Assembly (NCBI GenBank): GCA_015486845.1
Contig: WFQU01000129.1
Coordinates: 3,955 to 67,954 of the forward strand
DNA from: Anaerolineae bacterium
GTDB taxonomy: Bacteria; Chloroflexota; Anaerolineae; JAADDB01
Length of the DNA: 64,000 bases
Direction: 5' to 3'
Below are positions 8,848 through 17,801 of the stretch, one piece after another. The translations under genes were made by a program, and so were the position numbers. Numbering within the stretch: the stretch's first letter is position 1; each line of letters starts with the position of its first letter. Below the pieces are notes generated by a model. That model was not told the origin of the DNA. It worked only from the letters and a program-made list of their open reading frames with translations, and searched no databases.

Positions 8848-10032
8848 CTAAATCACGCCCAGCGCCTGGCCAACCTGCTGGAAAGTCGCCAACAAACGAT
8901 CGATCTGCTCATCCGTGTGGGTAGCCATGTAACTGGTGCGCAATAATGACATATTGGGCGGCACACCTGGTGGAATGACCGGATTGACAAAGACGCCGGC
9001 ATCCAGCAGCGCTTGCCAGAAAGCAAAAGTCTTCATTTCATCGCCGATGATAACCGGAATGATTGGCGTCTGCGTGTTGCTAATGTTGAAACCCATGGCG
9101 CGGAAACTTTTGTGCAAGTGGTGGGTAAGATCCCACAAATGCTGATTCCGTTCCGGTTCGTCGCGCATCACGTGTAGGGAAGCCAAAGCAGCAGCAGCGT
9201 TAGGCGGTGTCATGCTGGCGCTGAAAATCAACGAACGGGCATTGTGTTTGATGTACTCGATGACCACCCGATTGCCGGCAATGAATCCGCCCAACGAAGC
9301 GAAAGCCTTGCTGAAAGTGCCCATTACCAAGTCAATCCCCTCCGAGATGCCATAATAAGCCGCCGTGCCCCGGCCGCCACCCAGGACGCCAATACTGTGT
9401 GCATCATCCACCATGAGGCGAGCGCCATAGCGCTGGCAGACTTCGATCATCTCCGGCAAAGGCGCAATATCGCCACCCATGCTGAAAACGCCGTCGACAA
9501 CGACTAAGCTGCCGGCACCAGCAGGAATTTTCTGCAATGTTTGCGCCAAAGAGTCCATATCATTGTGTCGAAAGCGCGCCATTCTGCCATAACTCATTTT
9601 AGCGCCATCAATGATACTGGCGTGATCATCTTTGTCGGTCACCACGAAATCGCCTTTTTGCACTAACGAGGAAATCGTTCCTAAATTCGTCTGGTAGCCG
9701 GTGCTGAAAACTAAAGCGGCTTCCATTCCAACCCAGTCGGCTAATTCCCGCTCCAACTGTTCGTGTAAGGCTAAATTACCGTTGAGAAAACGCGAGCCGG
9801 TACAACTTGTGCCATATCGGTGCACGGCATCGATGGCAGCCTGGCGCACTTTAGGATGGGTCGTCAATCCCAAATAGTTGTTAGAACCGGCCATGATCAC
9901 GCGTTGGCCGCGCACCACCGCTTCCGGCCCTTCCGATTCATCTAAAGGAATGAAATAAGGATAATAACCTTCCCGCACAGCTTCTTCAACACGCTCGATG
10001 CCTGCTTGACACTTCTCGAATAAGTCCATCAA
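8848..10032 (-). CDS. PLP-dependent 2-amino-3-ketobutyrate CoA ligase / 8-amino-7-oxononanoate synthase family acyltransferase
   Basis: Class II aminotransferase fold with the lysine motif region (...FSKAFASLGGF...). 394 aa. Kbl versus BioF cannot be resolved without more analysis. Confidence 0.8.
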   Translation of the reverse strand: MMDLFEKCQAGIERVEEAVREGYYPYFIPLDESEGPEAVVRGQRVIMAGSNNYLGLTTHPKVRQAAIDAVHRYGTSCTGSRFLNGNLALHEQLERELADWVGMEAALVFSTGYQTNLGTISSLVQKGDFVVTDKDDHASIIDGAKMSYGRMARFRHNDMDSLAQTLQKIPAGAGSLVVVDGVFSMGGDIAPLPEMIEVCQRYGARLMVDDAHSIGVLGGGRGTAAYYGISEGIDLVMGTFSKAFASLGGFIAGNRVVIEYIKHNARSLIFSASMTPPNAAAALASLHVMRDEPERNQHLWDLTHHLHKSFRAMGFNISNTQTPIIPVIIGDEMKTFAFWQALLDAGVFVNPVIPPGVPPNMSLLRTSYMATHTDEQIDRLLATFQQVGQALGVI

Positions 10033-10326
10033 TTTGTTCCTTTCTCATGACATGGCACTTTGCCTATTTACTGCTCATAAATACCGATAAAGATTTCAAA
10101 GGCACAAACCCCGTTGCAATCCCATTATTTCCCTCCTTGCGCACTCCGCGTTCTCGGCGGTAAAAGTCTTTTAGTAAAGCCATCCTTTTATCCTGATAGG
10201 TATTCTCAATTTTTTAGGGGTATTTTCCCACCTGACGACGTTGTCAGGCGCGTTTTCGATGTCGCCAGCAATATAAACCACACGGGGAATTTCGTCAAGT
10301 GATGCGTAAAAACGCGGCGTAATCGG

Positions 10327-11613
10327 CTAATCAATCGCCGGATCACACGGGAATTGCCGGCCCAAGAGCATAACCTGGACAATGGCGCCCGGCTCCACTT
10401 TGTCCCACGATTCGGGGATGACAGCTAAGCCGTCCGCCAAAACCATGGAACGCAAAATGCCAGAGCCCTGGTCACCGGTAAGAAAAGCTTGCCAGGCACC
10501 ATTATCGCGTTGCAGGCGTACCCGTAAATAGTGACGGCGGTGGTCTTTGCGCTTAATGCGGTTCATAAAGTGAGCATCGATGACTTGTCGGCGCCAATCG
10601 TGTCGATTCTGCATCTTAGCCATGGCTGGACGGGCAAATAGCTCGAAGGTAATCATCGCAGAAACCGGATTTCCCGGCAAGCCCAGCAGCGGAATGCCGC
10701 TGATTTGCCCCATGGCGGCCGGCTTCCCCGGCTTCATCTGGACGCGCCAGAAATGGATCTCGCCTTCTGCGGCCAATACATCTTTTACGACGTCGAAATC
10801 TCCCAACGAGACGCCGCCGGACGTGAGAATAAGATCAGCTTTGGCGTCCACGGCTTGGTGCAATTTCTCGGTGAGCGCGACGATGTTGTCTTTGGCAATG
10901 CCTAACGAGATTGGCAGGCCGCCCATGCGCAATACCTGTGCGGCATTGGCGTAACTGTTCGCGTTGCGAATCTGTCCCGGCCCCGGCGTCTCTTCCACAT
11001 CCACCAATTCATCCCCCGTGGCTAAAATCGCCACCCGCGGCCGGCCGACAACGGCAGTACGCCGGTAGCCTAACGCCGCCAGCATGCCGATTTCCTGCGG
11101 GCGCAACGTTGTTCCCGCCGGCAAAATGACTTCACCTCGTTGCACATCTTCACCGGCGGCGCGCACATTGCGTCCCGGCTTGACTGCCTTGAAAATAGTA
11201 ACCCAATCGCCGTCTCGCTCTGTTTGCTCGAACGGGACCACCGCTTCCGTTCCCGGCGGCACCGGTGCACCGGTCATGATGCGCACCGCCGTGCCCGGCG
11301 CCACAGGCTGGGTGCGCACGTAGCCCGCAGCCAAATTGCCGGCAATACGCAGTCGCACCGGCCGCTCAGCCGTTGCGGCACTAATATCAGCCATGCACAC
11401 AGCATAACCATCCATAGCGCTATTAGCCAAAGGGGGAATATCGTTTATCGCTACGATGTCACGGGCTAAAACGCGATCCAGGCCATCCGAAATGTCGATT
11501 TCTTCGGCCGGCAGAACAGTGAACAGACGCAAAAAACGCTCAATAGCGCCTTCCACCGAAAGCCATGGATACGATTCCACCATTTCTTGTTCATGTCGTT
11601 TTTTCTCCGGCAT
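10327..11613 (-). CDS. moeA: Molybdopterin molybdotransferase
   Basis: MoeA N-terminal pattern (DIPPLANSAMDGYAV) and the MoCF-binding domain (ILTSGGVSLGDFD). The start was moved to MPEKK at 11613. Confidence 0.85.
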   Translation of the reverse strand: MPEKKRHEQEMVESYPWLSVEGAIERFLRLFTVLPAEEIDISDGLDRVLARDIVAINDIPPLANSAMDGYAVCMADISAATAERPVRLRIAGNLAAGYVRTQPVAPGTAVRIMTGAPVPPGTEAVVPFEQTERDGDWVTIFKAVKPGRNVRAAGEDVQRGEVILPAGTTLRPQEIGMLAALGYRRTAVVGRPRVAILATGDELVDVEETPGPGQIRNANSYANAAQVLRMGGLPISLGIAKDNIVALTEKLHQAVDAKADLILTSGGVSLGDFDVVKDVLAAEGEIHFWRVQMKPGKPAAMGQISGIPLLGLPGNPVSAMITFELFARPAMAKMQNRHDWRRQVIDAHFMNRIKRKDHRRHYLRVRLQRDNGAWQAFLTGDQGSGILRSMVLADGLAVIPESWDKVEPGAIVQVMLLGRQFPCDPAID

Positions 11614-11944
11614 TGTTTTGTTATACCCCCTAACCTGTACAAGCCAGAACCAAAAACTCAACGCAGAGACGCAAAGATTCTTTGATTCTCTTTTTGCCCG
11701 TTTTCTCCGGTTTATACCGTCACTTTTGCCAAATCCTATTCATTCAGTTTAGATTAGTCCATTCCGCTAAACACGCATCATTTCATGTGCCACCATTTTA
11801 CGGTAATATGCCTCATCTTGCCAAGCCATGGCTACATTCTCTTGTCGCGGTCCGTCGAGGAATGGATGCTATTTCCAACAGAAACGGGAAACCGATGTAG
11901 AGACATTTCAGGCTGCCAAGACCTGGAACGTCTCTATGCGACGA

Positions 11945-14900
11945 TCAATTTTTGGGTAGCTGGAACGCTTGCACCCGGCAAGTAGCGCTATCCACCACTA
12001 CGATCCGGTTGCCGCGCAGGCTGTCGATACCCAACGGCAGGGTGAACAGGTTCGCACCGCCGAACTGGCCATACGGCGTGCCGTCCGCTTCGTAAATCTG
12101 CACGCTCTTCGTCGTCGGGACGGTCACGGCAATCCGATCAGGCGGCAAGACAGCCAAATGCGGCGCATCCACGCTGTTGTGCTGGCCAACAAACCAGTTT
12201 CGCAAGACATTTCCTTGTGCGTCGAAAGCCCAGATTCGACCGGAAGCCGATTCGGCAGCGAAAATCAGCCCGGAAGGGATAACTGCTACGTCCACAGGCT
12301 GCCCCGGCCCAAACAGTTGCTTTTTACCACCGATCTGTGCCAAGGTGTGACCTTGTTGATCCATCTTGACAACCCGCACACCGCCGGTATCAGCCACGTA
12401 CAGATTGCCGCCCGGCCCGGTCGTTAGGCCACGCGGACGATACCATGGGCTTTCCGGCCGCACTATAGCAATGAGCTTGCCGTCCGGCGTGAAATGTTTG
12501 AGCAATTGCAACACGGAATCCAAAACCCAGACTGTGCCATCTGGCGCCACGGCCACATCGAACGGTTCCTCGAACTGATCAGGGCCACTCCCGGCGCTGC
12601 CCCAAGCGGTAATGAACTTCCCATCTGCGTCCAGTTTGACAATGCGACGGTTGCCACTATCGGCAACGTAAATCTGGCCACAGCGACAAACGGCCACCCC
12701 GCGTGGCTTGGCGAATTCGCCGTCACCGCTGCCACAATGGCCCGTTTGCCACAATTTTTGCACGGCCAACGCGGGCAAAGATTGCCGTTTAGCAGGGAAA
12801 CTCGCGGCGGGTTTTCCGGCTGGTGGCGTATTGGGCTGGGGCGTCTGCCCTGATAATGACGCAGGCGGCATTACAGCCAACGGCGGTGGCGGCAAGTGCA
12901 ACGTTTCTGGAATTTGATCGCCAACAATGGGAAACAAATAAGTGAGCGGTATCACTGATTGCCCCGCGCCGGGCGGCGTCCACGACAGCGTCAGCGCCCG
13001 GCCACCGCCGTTCTGGAAATAGTCTAAACGAATTTTGTGGAATCCGGCATCCAGATGAATAGCGCCTGCTTTAAACATGGCACCGTGGCTGCCGCCGTTA
13101 TCCACCACCAGTTTGTCGTCGATCCAGAGCATGGAACCGTCATCAGAACGGGTGGCGAAGCCGTAACGGCCGCTCTTCGGCGCGGCGATGTAGCCCACCC
13201 AGCGGATGCTGAACGGTTCCCGCAAAATATTATTGGGCATGATGAACAGGTCTCGCCGCACCACCGCCGGCATGCCTTGCCAATTATTGTTGGGATAATA
13301 ATAGCCTACCAAGCCATTGTCACCGATATTCAGTGTGTATAGCGCCCCTCGCCCAACCGTTGCCGAGGGCATGCCTTCCCCGGCCCAGGAGAGACGCAAC
13401 CGCCCCGGCGTTCCGCCGCTATAATATGACAGCGTGAACGGGTAAAACCCAGCTACCAAGAATTTTGTAACTTGCTGGTCGCCGTGATTGGCCGCAATGA
13501 GCACGTCCTGGCCCAAATGCAGCATCGTGCGCCCCGAAGTGGACAGTTTAAACGTGTAATGGCCGAACTTCGGCACCAACAGCGTGCCGTGCAATTTCAG
13601 GGTGAAAGCCCCTTGCAGCGGCGCTTTCTGGCTGAAGTCGAAGTCCACGGCTGCTACTTTCTGATGCAACAAAGGTCGGCCAGACGCCTTATCACCGGCG
13701 TAGAAATCTGCGGTTAAACCACCTGCTTCGTGCAAAGCAGCCACTGGCACCCGATAGCTGAGGAAAAGTGTGCCGCCGAAAGGATCACGATGTTCCCGGA
13801 AGGCGCCATCCGGGTAAAGCTGTTGAAGAAGTGGAATGACCTGCCGGTCGGCCGTGTTGAGAATGTAAACGACATCGCCTTGCACTGGCCGGCGCAGTGG
13901 CACATCGCGCGTCAAATCCAACGATTGGACCTTTTTTTGCCCGATAAGCTTCACGGCGGAGTGATGGCTGTAATCAGGATCCACTAAAATAGTTGTAGTC
14001 GAGGGAAGGCCATGGATAAACTGGCCGATGGCGGATTCTTGCGGGCTGAACGCTAAGACGACGCTGGGGTTATGGACCTGAACGACAAAATAGTCGTGTA
14101 AACCGGCTTTAGCGCCAAACAGGGCAATGAGCAGTAATAACGCGTAGAGCCAGCCCCGCCCTGTTCTCCCCCAAGCGTGTTGCCAGGCGTCGGCGCCTTG
14201 CTGCAAAATCTCTCCGGCCAACAGAAACGCTAACGGCAAGATCATGACTACCCGCCGGGCATTAGGTGCTTCATGCACTACAGTGAAAATGGCCGTGCTG
14301 ATGCCTACCAGGAACCAGGTCGTGTAGAGAAAGCCCAGCGGCTTCCAAAAATAGCGCAGTGCGTAGAAAAGTCCCACTAGCGCCAGGGCGCCGACGATGG
14401 GGCCCAACATGGGTGCGCCGGGCAGGTTGTTCAGCGCGGCTAAGTCGCCCCGGAAATTGAACATTAACAATACTTTGCGGGCATTATCCACCACCGGCTG
14501 GTAGCTGCCGGCCCGGGCGACATCGCCGAGCACGGAAATATGTTGGGTGCGGCTGAGGAAGATATGCCAATGCCGGCTGACATACGCCAAGAGCGGCAAA
14601 CTTCCCAACGCCGCGGAGAGGGTGAAAAGCACCATCCCTTGCAAATCAGTGCGCCAGCGTGACGATTTTTGCACGCCCAGTCGGATTAACCAGTAAATAA
14701 AATAAAGCATGATCCAGGCCGGTACAACCCGAAAAGCCGTGTAGCTATTCAGTCCCAGGGCCAACATCAACCCACCCCACAGCCAGTGGCTGCGTTTGCC
14801 GCTTTCCTGTGCTTTGAGGATGAAATAGACCAACAACGAAAGGAAGAGCGGCACCAAGATCAGTTCATACACGATGCGGCTGATGGTGATGTGCCAGCGG

Positions 14901-15655
14901 GCCACGGCAAACAGCGCTGTGATGGTCAACGCCACCGGTGGCTTGAAGCGCAGCCGGGCTAACGGGTAAAAAGCAGCCATAGTGAGCGTGCCTACGACCG
15001 CCGAGAGCAAGCGCATAGAGACCACGGAGACACCGAAAAGCTGGAAAAAGAGCGCAATCAGATAGGTGAATAGTGTCGCCTGCCCTTCATTCGTTTCGGC
15101 ATAAGGAATGTAAGGGGCACCATGTAGCCATTTGAGTGCATCCAGGCCATTGTTGCCTTCGTCGGACTGACAACCAAAGGGAAAGGAAGCGATATGCCAA
15201 ACGCGCACCACAAACGCTACCATGATGATTAAAAACAGAACGAGCAATTCCCAACGATGCCTGCGGAACCAGGTTTTGCACCGCTCTAAGAACGGCCGCC
15301 GACCAGGCAACACGCCTTCGAAATAACCACTGATCAAGAAGATAAATATACCGATCAACCATAACCAGAATGGCCAGCCGTCGTAGCGATTCGCCCGTTG
15401 CCAAAAGCCGAAGAGGGCACTAAGGCCCAAAAGCAGGCCCGCGCCGGCTAACAATTCTCCTAAGTGCCACCAGGGACGTGCCGCTATCGCCCCATCGGGC
15501 CAAGAGGGTAGCGGTTTAGCTTGCCAAAGGAAAATAACAATGGCCATCGCGAAAAGGATAAAGCCATCCAGGGGGATGGGTTTGGGCACATGCCAGAAAT
15601 GTTCTGCCCACAGAGCAATCAGCACAGCGATGGAAAGCCAGGTAAAACGTTTCAT
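11945..15655 (-). CDS. Large multidomain protein of 1236 aa. The N-terminal half is a polytopic GT-C-fold glycosyltransferase (ArnT/PMT-like, GT39/GT83 type, with a DE motif in the first loop). The C-terminal half has two PA14 domains, a proline-rich linker and a six-bladed NHL-repeat beta-propeller.
   Basis: The true start is MKRFTWLSIAVLIALW at 15655, with an AGGGAG ribosome-binding site supplied by a repeat module. There are more than ten predicted transmembrane segments, and the loop motif FPFGCQSDEGNNGLDALKW fits the DE loop. Two PA14-like segments are present (...FTLKLHGTLLVPKFGHYTFKLSTSGRTMLHL... and ...FSIRWVGYIAAPKSGRYGFATRSDDGSMLWIDDKLVVDNGG...). NHL repeats follow (...PRGVAVCRCGQIYVADSGNRRIVKLDADGKFI... 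repeated). Confidence 0.75.
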   Translation of the reverse strand: MKRFTWLSIAVLIALWAEHFWHVPKPIPLDGFILFAMAIVIFLWQAKPLPSWPDGAIAARPWWHLGELLAGAGLLLGLSALFGFWQRANRYDGWPFWLWLIGIFIFLISGYFEGVLPGRRPFLERCKTWFRRHRWELLVLFLIIMVAFVVRVWHIASFPFGCQSDEGNNGLDALKWLHGAPYIPYAETNEGQATLFTYLIALFFQLFGVSVVSMRLLSAVVGTLTMAAFYPLARLRFKPPVALTITALFAVARWHITISRIVYELILVPLFLSLLVYFILKAQESGKRSHWLWGGLMLALGLNSYTAFRVVPAWIMLYFIYWLIRLGVQKSSRWRTDLQGMVLFTLSAALGSLPLLAYVSRHWHIFLSRTQHISVLGDVARAGSYQPVVDNARKVLLMFNFRGDLAALNNLPGAPMLGPIVGALALVGLFYALRYFWKPLGFLYTTWFLVGISTAIFTVVHEAPNARRVVMILPLAFLLAGEILQQGADAWQHAWGRTGRGWLYALLLLIALFGAKAGLHDYFVVQVHNPSVVLAFSPQESAIGQFIHGLPSTTTILVDPDYSHHSAVKLIGQKKVQSLDLTRDVPLRRPVQGDVVYILNTADRQVIPLLQQLYPDGAFREHRDPFGGTLFLSYRVPVAALHEAGGLTADFYAGDKASGRPLLHQKVAAVDFDFSQKAPLQGAFTLKLHGTLLVPKFGHYTFKLSTSGRTMLHLGQDVLIAANHGDQQVTKFLVAGFYPFTLSYYSGGTPGRLRLSWAGEGMPSATVGRGALYTLNIGDNGLVGYYYPNNNWQGMPAVVRRDLFIMPNNILREPFSIRWVGYIAAPKSGRYGFATRSDDGSMLWIDDKLVVDNGGSHGAMFKAGAIHLDAGFHKIRLDYFQNGGGRALTLSWTPPGAGQSVIPLTYLFPIVGDQIPETLHLPPPPLAVMPPASLSGQTPQPNTPPAGKPAASFPAKRQSLPALAVQKLWQTGHCGSGDGEFAKPRGVAVCRCGQIYVADSGNRRIVKLDADGKFITAWGSAGSGPDQFEEPFDVAVAPDGTVWVLDSVLQLLKHFTPDGKLIAIVRPESPWYRPRGLTTGPGGNLYVADTGGVRVVKMDQQGHTLAQIGGKKQLFGPGQPVDVAVIPSGLIFAAESASGRIWAFDAQGNVLRNWFVGQHNSVDAPHLAVLPPDRIAVTVPTTKSVQIYEADGTPYGQFGGANLFTLPLGIDSLRGNRIVVVDSATCRVQAFQLPKN

Positions 15656-15690
15656 GCGCACACTCCCTTGAAAATAAACTTCTCTGGAGG

Positions 15691-15725
15691 GTAGCCGAGG
15701 GCAATGCCTTCGGCTACCCTCTGTA
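15691..15725 (-). promoter_or_regulatory. Perfect 13-bp-stem hairpin (GAGGGTAGCCGAgggcaatgccTTCGGCTACCCTC) in the 5' leader of the giant GT-C/PA14/NHL gene. A GC-only hairpin (CCCCTCCCCgtatcGGGGAGGGG) lies further upstream at 15785..15807.
   Basis: Seen directly. It lies between the presumed promoter and the AGGGAG Shine-Dalgarno sequence. Confidence 0.35.
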
Positions 15726-16013
15726 CCGTCTTTGAAAAAAAGACCTCTCCCCTGGCTTGCCGCCCAAAGGGGCGGCAAGCCTCCCCCTCCCCGTATCGGG
15801 GAGGGGGAAAAGCTAAGCGCAGCGCCTTCAAATTAGTCGTGTCATTGCGAGCGAAGCGACAGTGTGATCCTCTTTTTGGTCAAGCAATCTCCAATGATAG
15901 TGAGAGAGAGTGCCACGGCCCTGCCGGGCCTCGCAATGACAAACTTCTCTGAAAATAAGTTGATGCAGCAGCGCCAAGGCACAGGGCGTCTAAAAAAATC
16001 AGGCCTCCTTTTA

Positions 16014-16200
16014 GAGGTTCAACTTCTTCAAGAAGTTGAACCTCTCCGGCGTTTTCCGCCCGAGCGCACGGGGGTCAAATCCCCGTGCTACGTCGCCAAG
16101 AAGCCCCCTGAAAGGGGGCTGGCGTTGAGCAGCCCGTTTGCAGCGGATGCTGCCTTGACGTACCCCGCCGCCGCACCGGAATCGGAACCGCATATCCTCA
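16014..16200 (-). repeat. Inverted-orientation partial copy of the composite repeat (hairpin H plus module R2)
   Basis: GAGGTTCAACTTCTtcaAGAAGTTGAACCTC at 16014..16044, followed by the reverse complement of the R2 core (ccgcccgagcgcacgggggtcaaatccccgtgctacgtcgccaagaagccccctgaaagggggct...). Confidence 0.8.
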
Positions 16201-16350
16201 TTGGGTTTCATGTGTTTCTATTATAGCATCAAAAGGCAACGCAGGGGAATGGCACAAAACGCCAGCCGGCGCGTCGCATGCCGGGCGCTGACAGGGGATG
16301 GATACAATGACTCGCTGAACTTTCGCGCCCTGTTGAACATTTGTCGCATT

Positions 16351-16379
16351 TTGGCCTTTCCCCGCCTTTGCGCTATAAT
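16351..16379 (+). promoter_or_regulatory. Putative sigma-70-type promoter (TTGGCC, 17 nt spacer, TATAAT) for the small downstream ORF
   Basis: TATAAT sits at 16374..16379. The -35 element is weak (TTGGCC). Confidence 0.35.
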
Positions 16380-16444
16380 GTAAATGAACAAAAACGCTAA
16401 CTCTAATCCGTTATGCAGTATCTCGACAGGAGACATATCTCAGC

Positions 16445-16615
16445 ATGAGCGAGATTCGCTCTGATTTGCTGTTGCCAACACAGAGAGCAAAATATCACGG
16501 CATCGACGAACATTTGTTGTTAGCCGGTGCCGGCACCTTCCGCATGTGCGTGGGTGTCGGCACCCACTCTGTCTTGCCCGGGATGGTTCTCATTAAGAAT
16601 AGCCATACGCTATAG
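16445..16615 (+). CDS. Small ORF of 56 aa (MSEIRSDLLLPTQRAKYHGIDEHLLLAGAGTFRMCVGVGTHSVLPGMVLIKNSHTL). It has its own ribosome-binding site, promoter and terminator. Function unknown. It is absent from the 60-aa-or-longer ORF track.
   Basis: AGGAG lies 7 nt upstream of the ATG. An intrinsic terminator follows immediately after the stop codon. It sits just upstream of the 2-oxoacid dehydrogenase operon. Confidence 0.35.
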   Translation: MSEIRSDLLLPTQRAKYHGIDEHLLLAGAGTFRMCVGVGTHSVLPGMVLIKNSHTL

Positions 16616-16618
16616 CCA

Positions 16619-16650
16619 CGACCAGCCGCTGAGCTGGTCGTTCTTTATTT
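16619..16650 (+). terminator. Intrinsic terminator (CGACCAGC cgctga GCTGGTCG followed by TTCTTTATTT)
   Basis: Perfect 8-bp GC-rich stem followed by a T-tract. Confidence 0.6.
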
Positions 16651-16690
16651 AGACAGCGTTACATCTATCACAATAAGGAGGTTTTCCATC

Positions 16691-17698
16691 ATGACTGCAT
16701 ATCAACAACCGTTACCGCCAGCAGCAGAACTTGAAGATAGTGTTCTGCTGCAAATGTACTACCAGATGTTGCGAGCGCGGCGTCTCGATGAGCGGATGTG
16801 GGTGTTACACCGCCAAGGAAAAGTCGCTTTTCACATTTCCGGCATTGGACAAGAAGGCACACAGATCGGCGCTGCTTTCGCCCTGCGCAAAGGATATGAT
16901 TGGGTCTATCCCTACTATCGCGATATTTCATTAGTACTCACTTTGGGCATGACGCCGAGAATGCTCATGTTGGGTCTTTTCGGCAAAAAGGAAGCAGTCA
17001 GCAGCGGCGGCCGGCAAATGCCGGAGCACTTCAGCTACCGTCCTTCCAAACTGGTAACGATTTCCAGCCCCGTAGGCACACAAATCGCCCAGGCGCCGGG
17101 CACCGCCTTCGCCTCCAAGATTAAAGGCAGCGACGAGGTCACCGTAGTTTGTTTTGGCGAAGGCACGACCAGCCAGGGCGATTTCCACGAAGGATTGAAC
17201 TGGGCCAGCATTCACAAGTTGCCGGTCATTTTCCTCTGTCAAAACAACCAATATGCCATTTCGGAACCAATGAGCGTGGAAATGGCGGTGAAAAGCGTGG
17301 CGGATCGAGCTAAAGGATATAACATGGTTGGCGTCAAAGTGGATGGCAACGATGTTTTGGCTGTCTATGATGTCATGCGCGAAGCTGTAGCCCGGGCGCG
17401 AAAAGGGGAAGGGCCCACATTAGTCGAAGGTTTCACCTACAGGCCGGTACCCCATTCCAGTGATGACGACGATCGCACTTATCGCAGTCGCGAAGAGGTG
17501 GAATCTTGGAAGAAAAAAGATCCCATTTTGCGTTTCGAAAAGCTGCTATATGAGCGCAAGCTTTTAGACGATGCTAAGAAAACCGAAATCGAGGCCGGCA
17601 TCATGGATGAAGTCAATGATGCCACCGATTACGCAATGAGAGCGCCTTATCCGGCGGCCGAAGAGTGTCTTTATCCCGTTTACGGGCCGTTGCCTTAG
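16691..17698 (+). CDS. 2-oxoacid (branched-chain keto acid / pyruvate) dehydrogenase E1 component, alpha subunit (TPP-binding)
   Basis: E1-alpha family pattern, GDG...N TPP motif region, 335 aa, first gene of an E1a-E1b-E2-E3 operon. Confidence 0.9.
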   Translation: MTAYQQPLPPAAELEDSVLLQMYYQMLRARRLDERMWVLHRQGKVAFHISGIGQEGTQIGAAFALRKGYDWVYPYYRDISLVLTLGMTPRMLMLGLFGKKEAVSSGGRQMPEHFSYRPSKLVTISSPVGTQIAQAPGTAFASKIKGSDEVTVVCFGEGTTSQGDFHEGLNWASIHKLPVIFLCQNNQYAISEPMSVEMAVKSVADRAKGYNMVGVKVDGNDVLAVYDVMREAVARARKGEGPTLVEGFTYRPVPHSSDDDDRTYRSREEVESWKKKDPILRFEKLLYERKLLDDAKKTEIEAGIMDEVNDATDYAMRAPYPAAEECLYPVYGPLP

Positions 17699-17801
17699 TA
17701 AGCCGGACGAAGCGGAACTAAAAAGCTAACGCGAGGCCACAAGGGCTTTATTCTTCCTTGTACAAGAATCTCATTGCTAAGATACCAATGAGCAAAGGAG
17801 C

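Noticed and set aside
16070-16100. tRNA-like T-arm (GGGGGTCAAATCCCC) within R2
   Set aside because: The stem is 8 to 9 bp, too long for a T-arm. No acceptor, D or anticodon arms are present. It is probably just one of the R2 hairpins.
16240-16270. Sigma-54 promoter (TGGCACaaaacGCC) upstream of the dehydrogenase operon
   Set aside because: The spacing between the GG and GC elements is 10 nt and not the canonical 12 nt, and the -12 region lacks TTGC.
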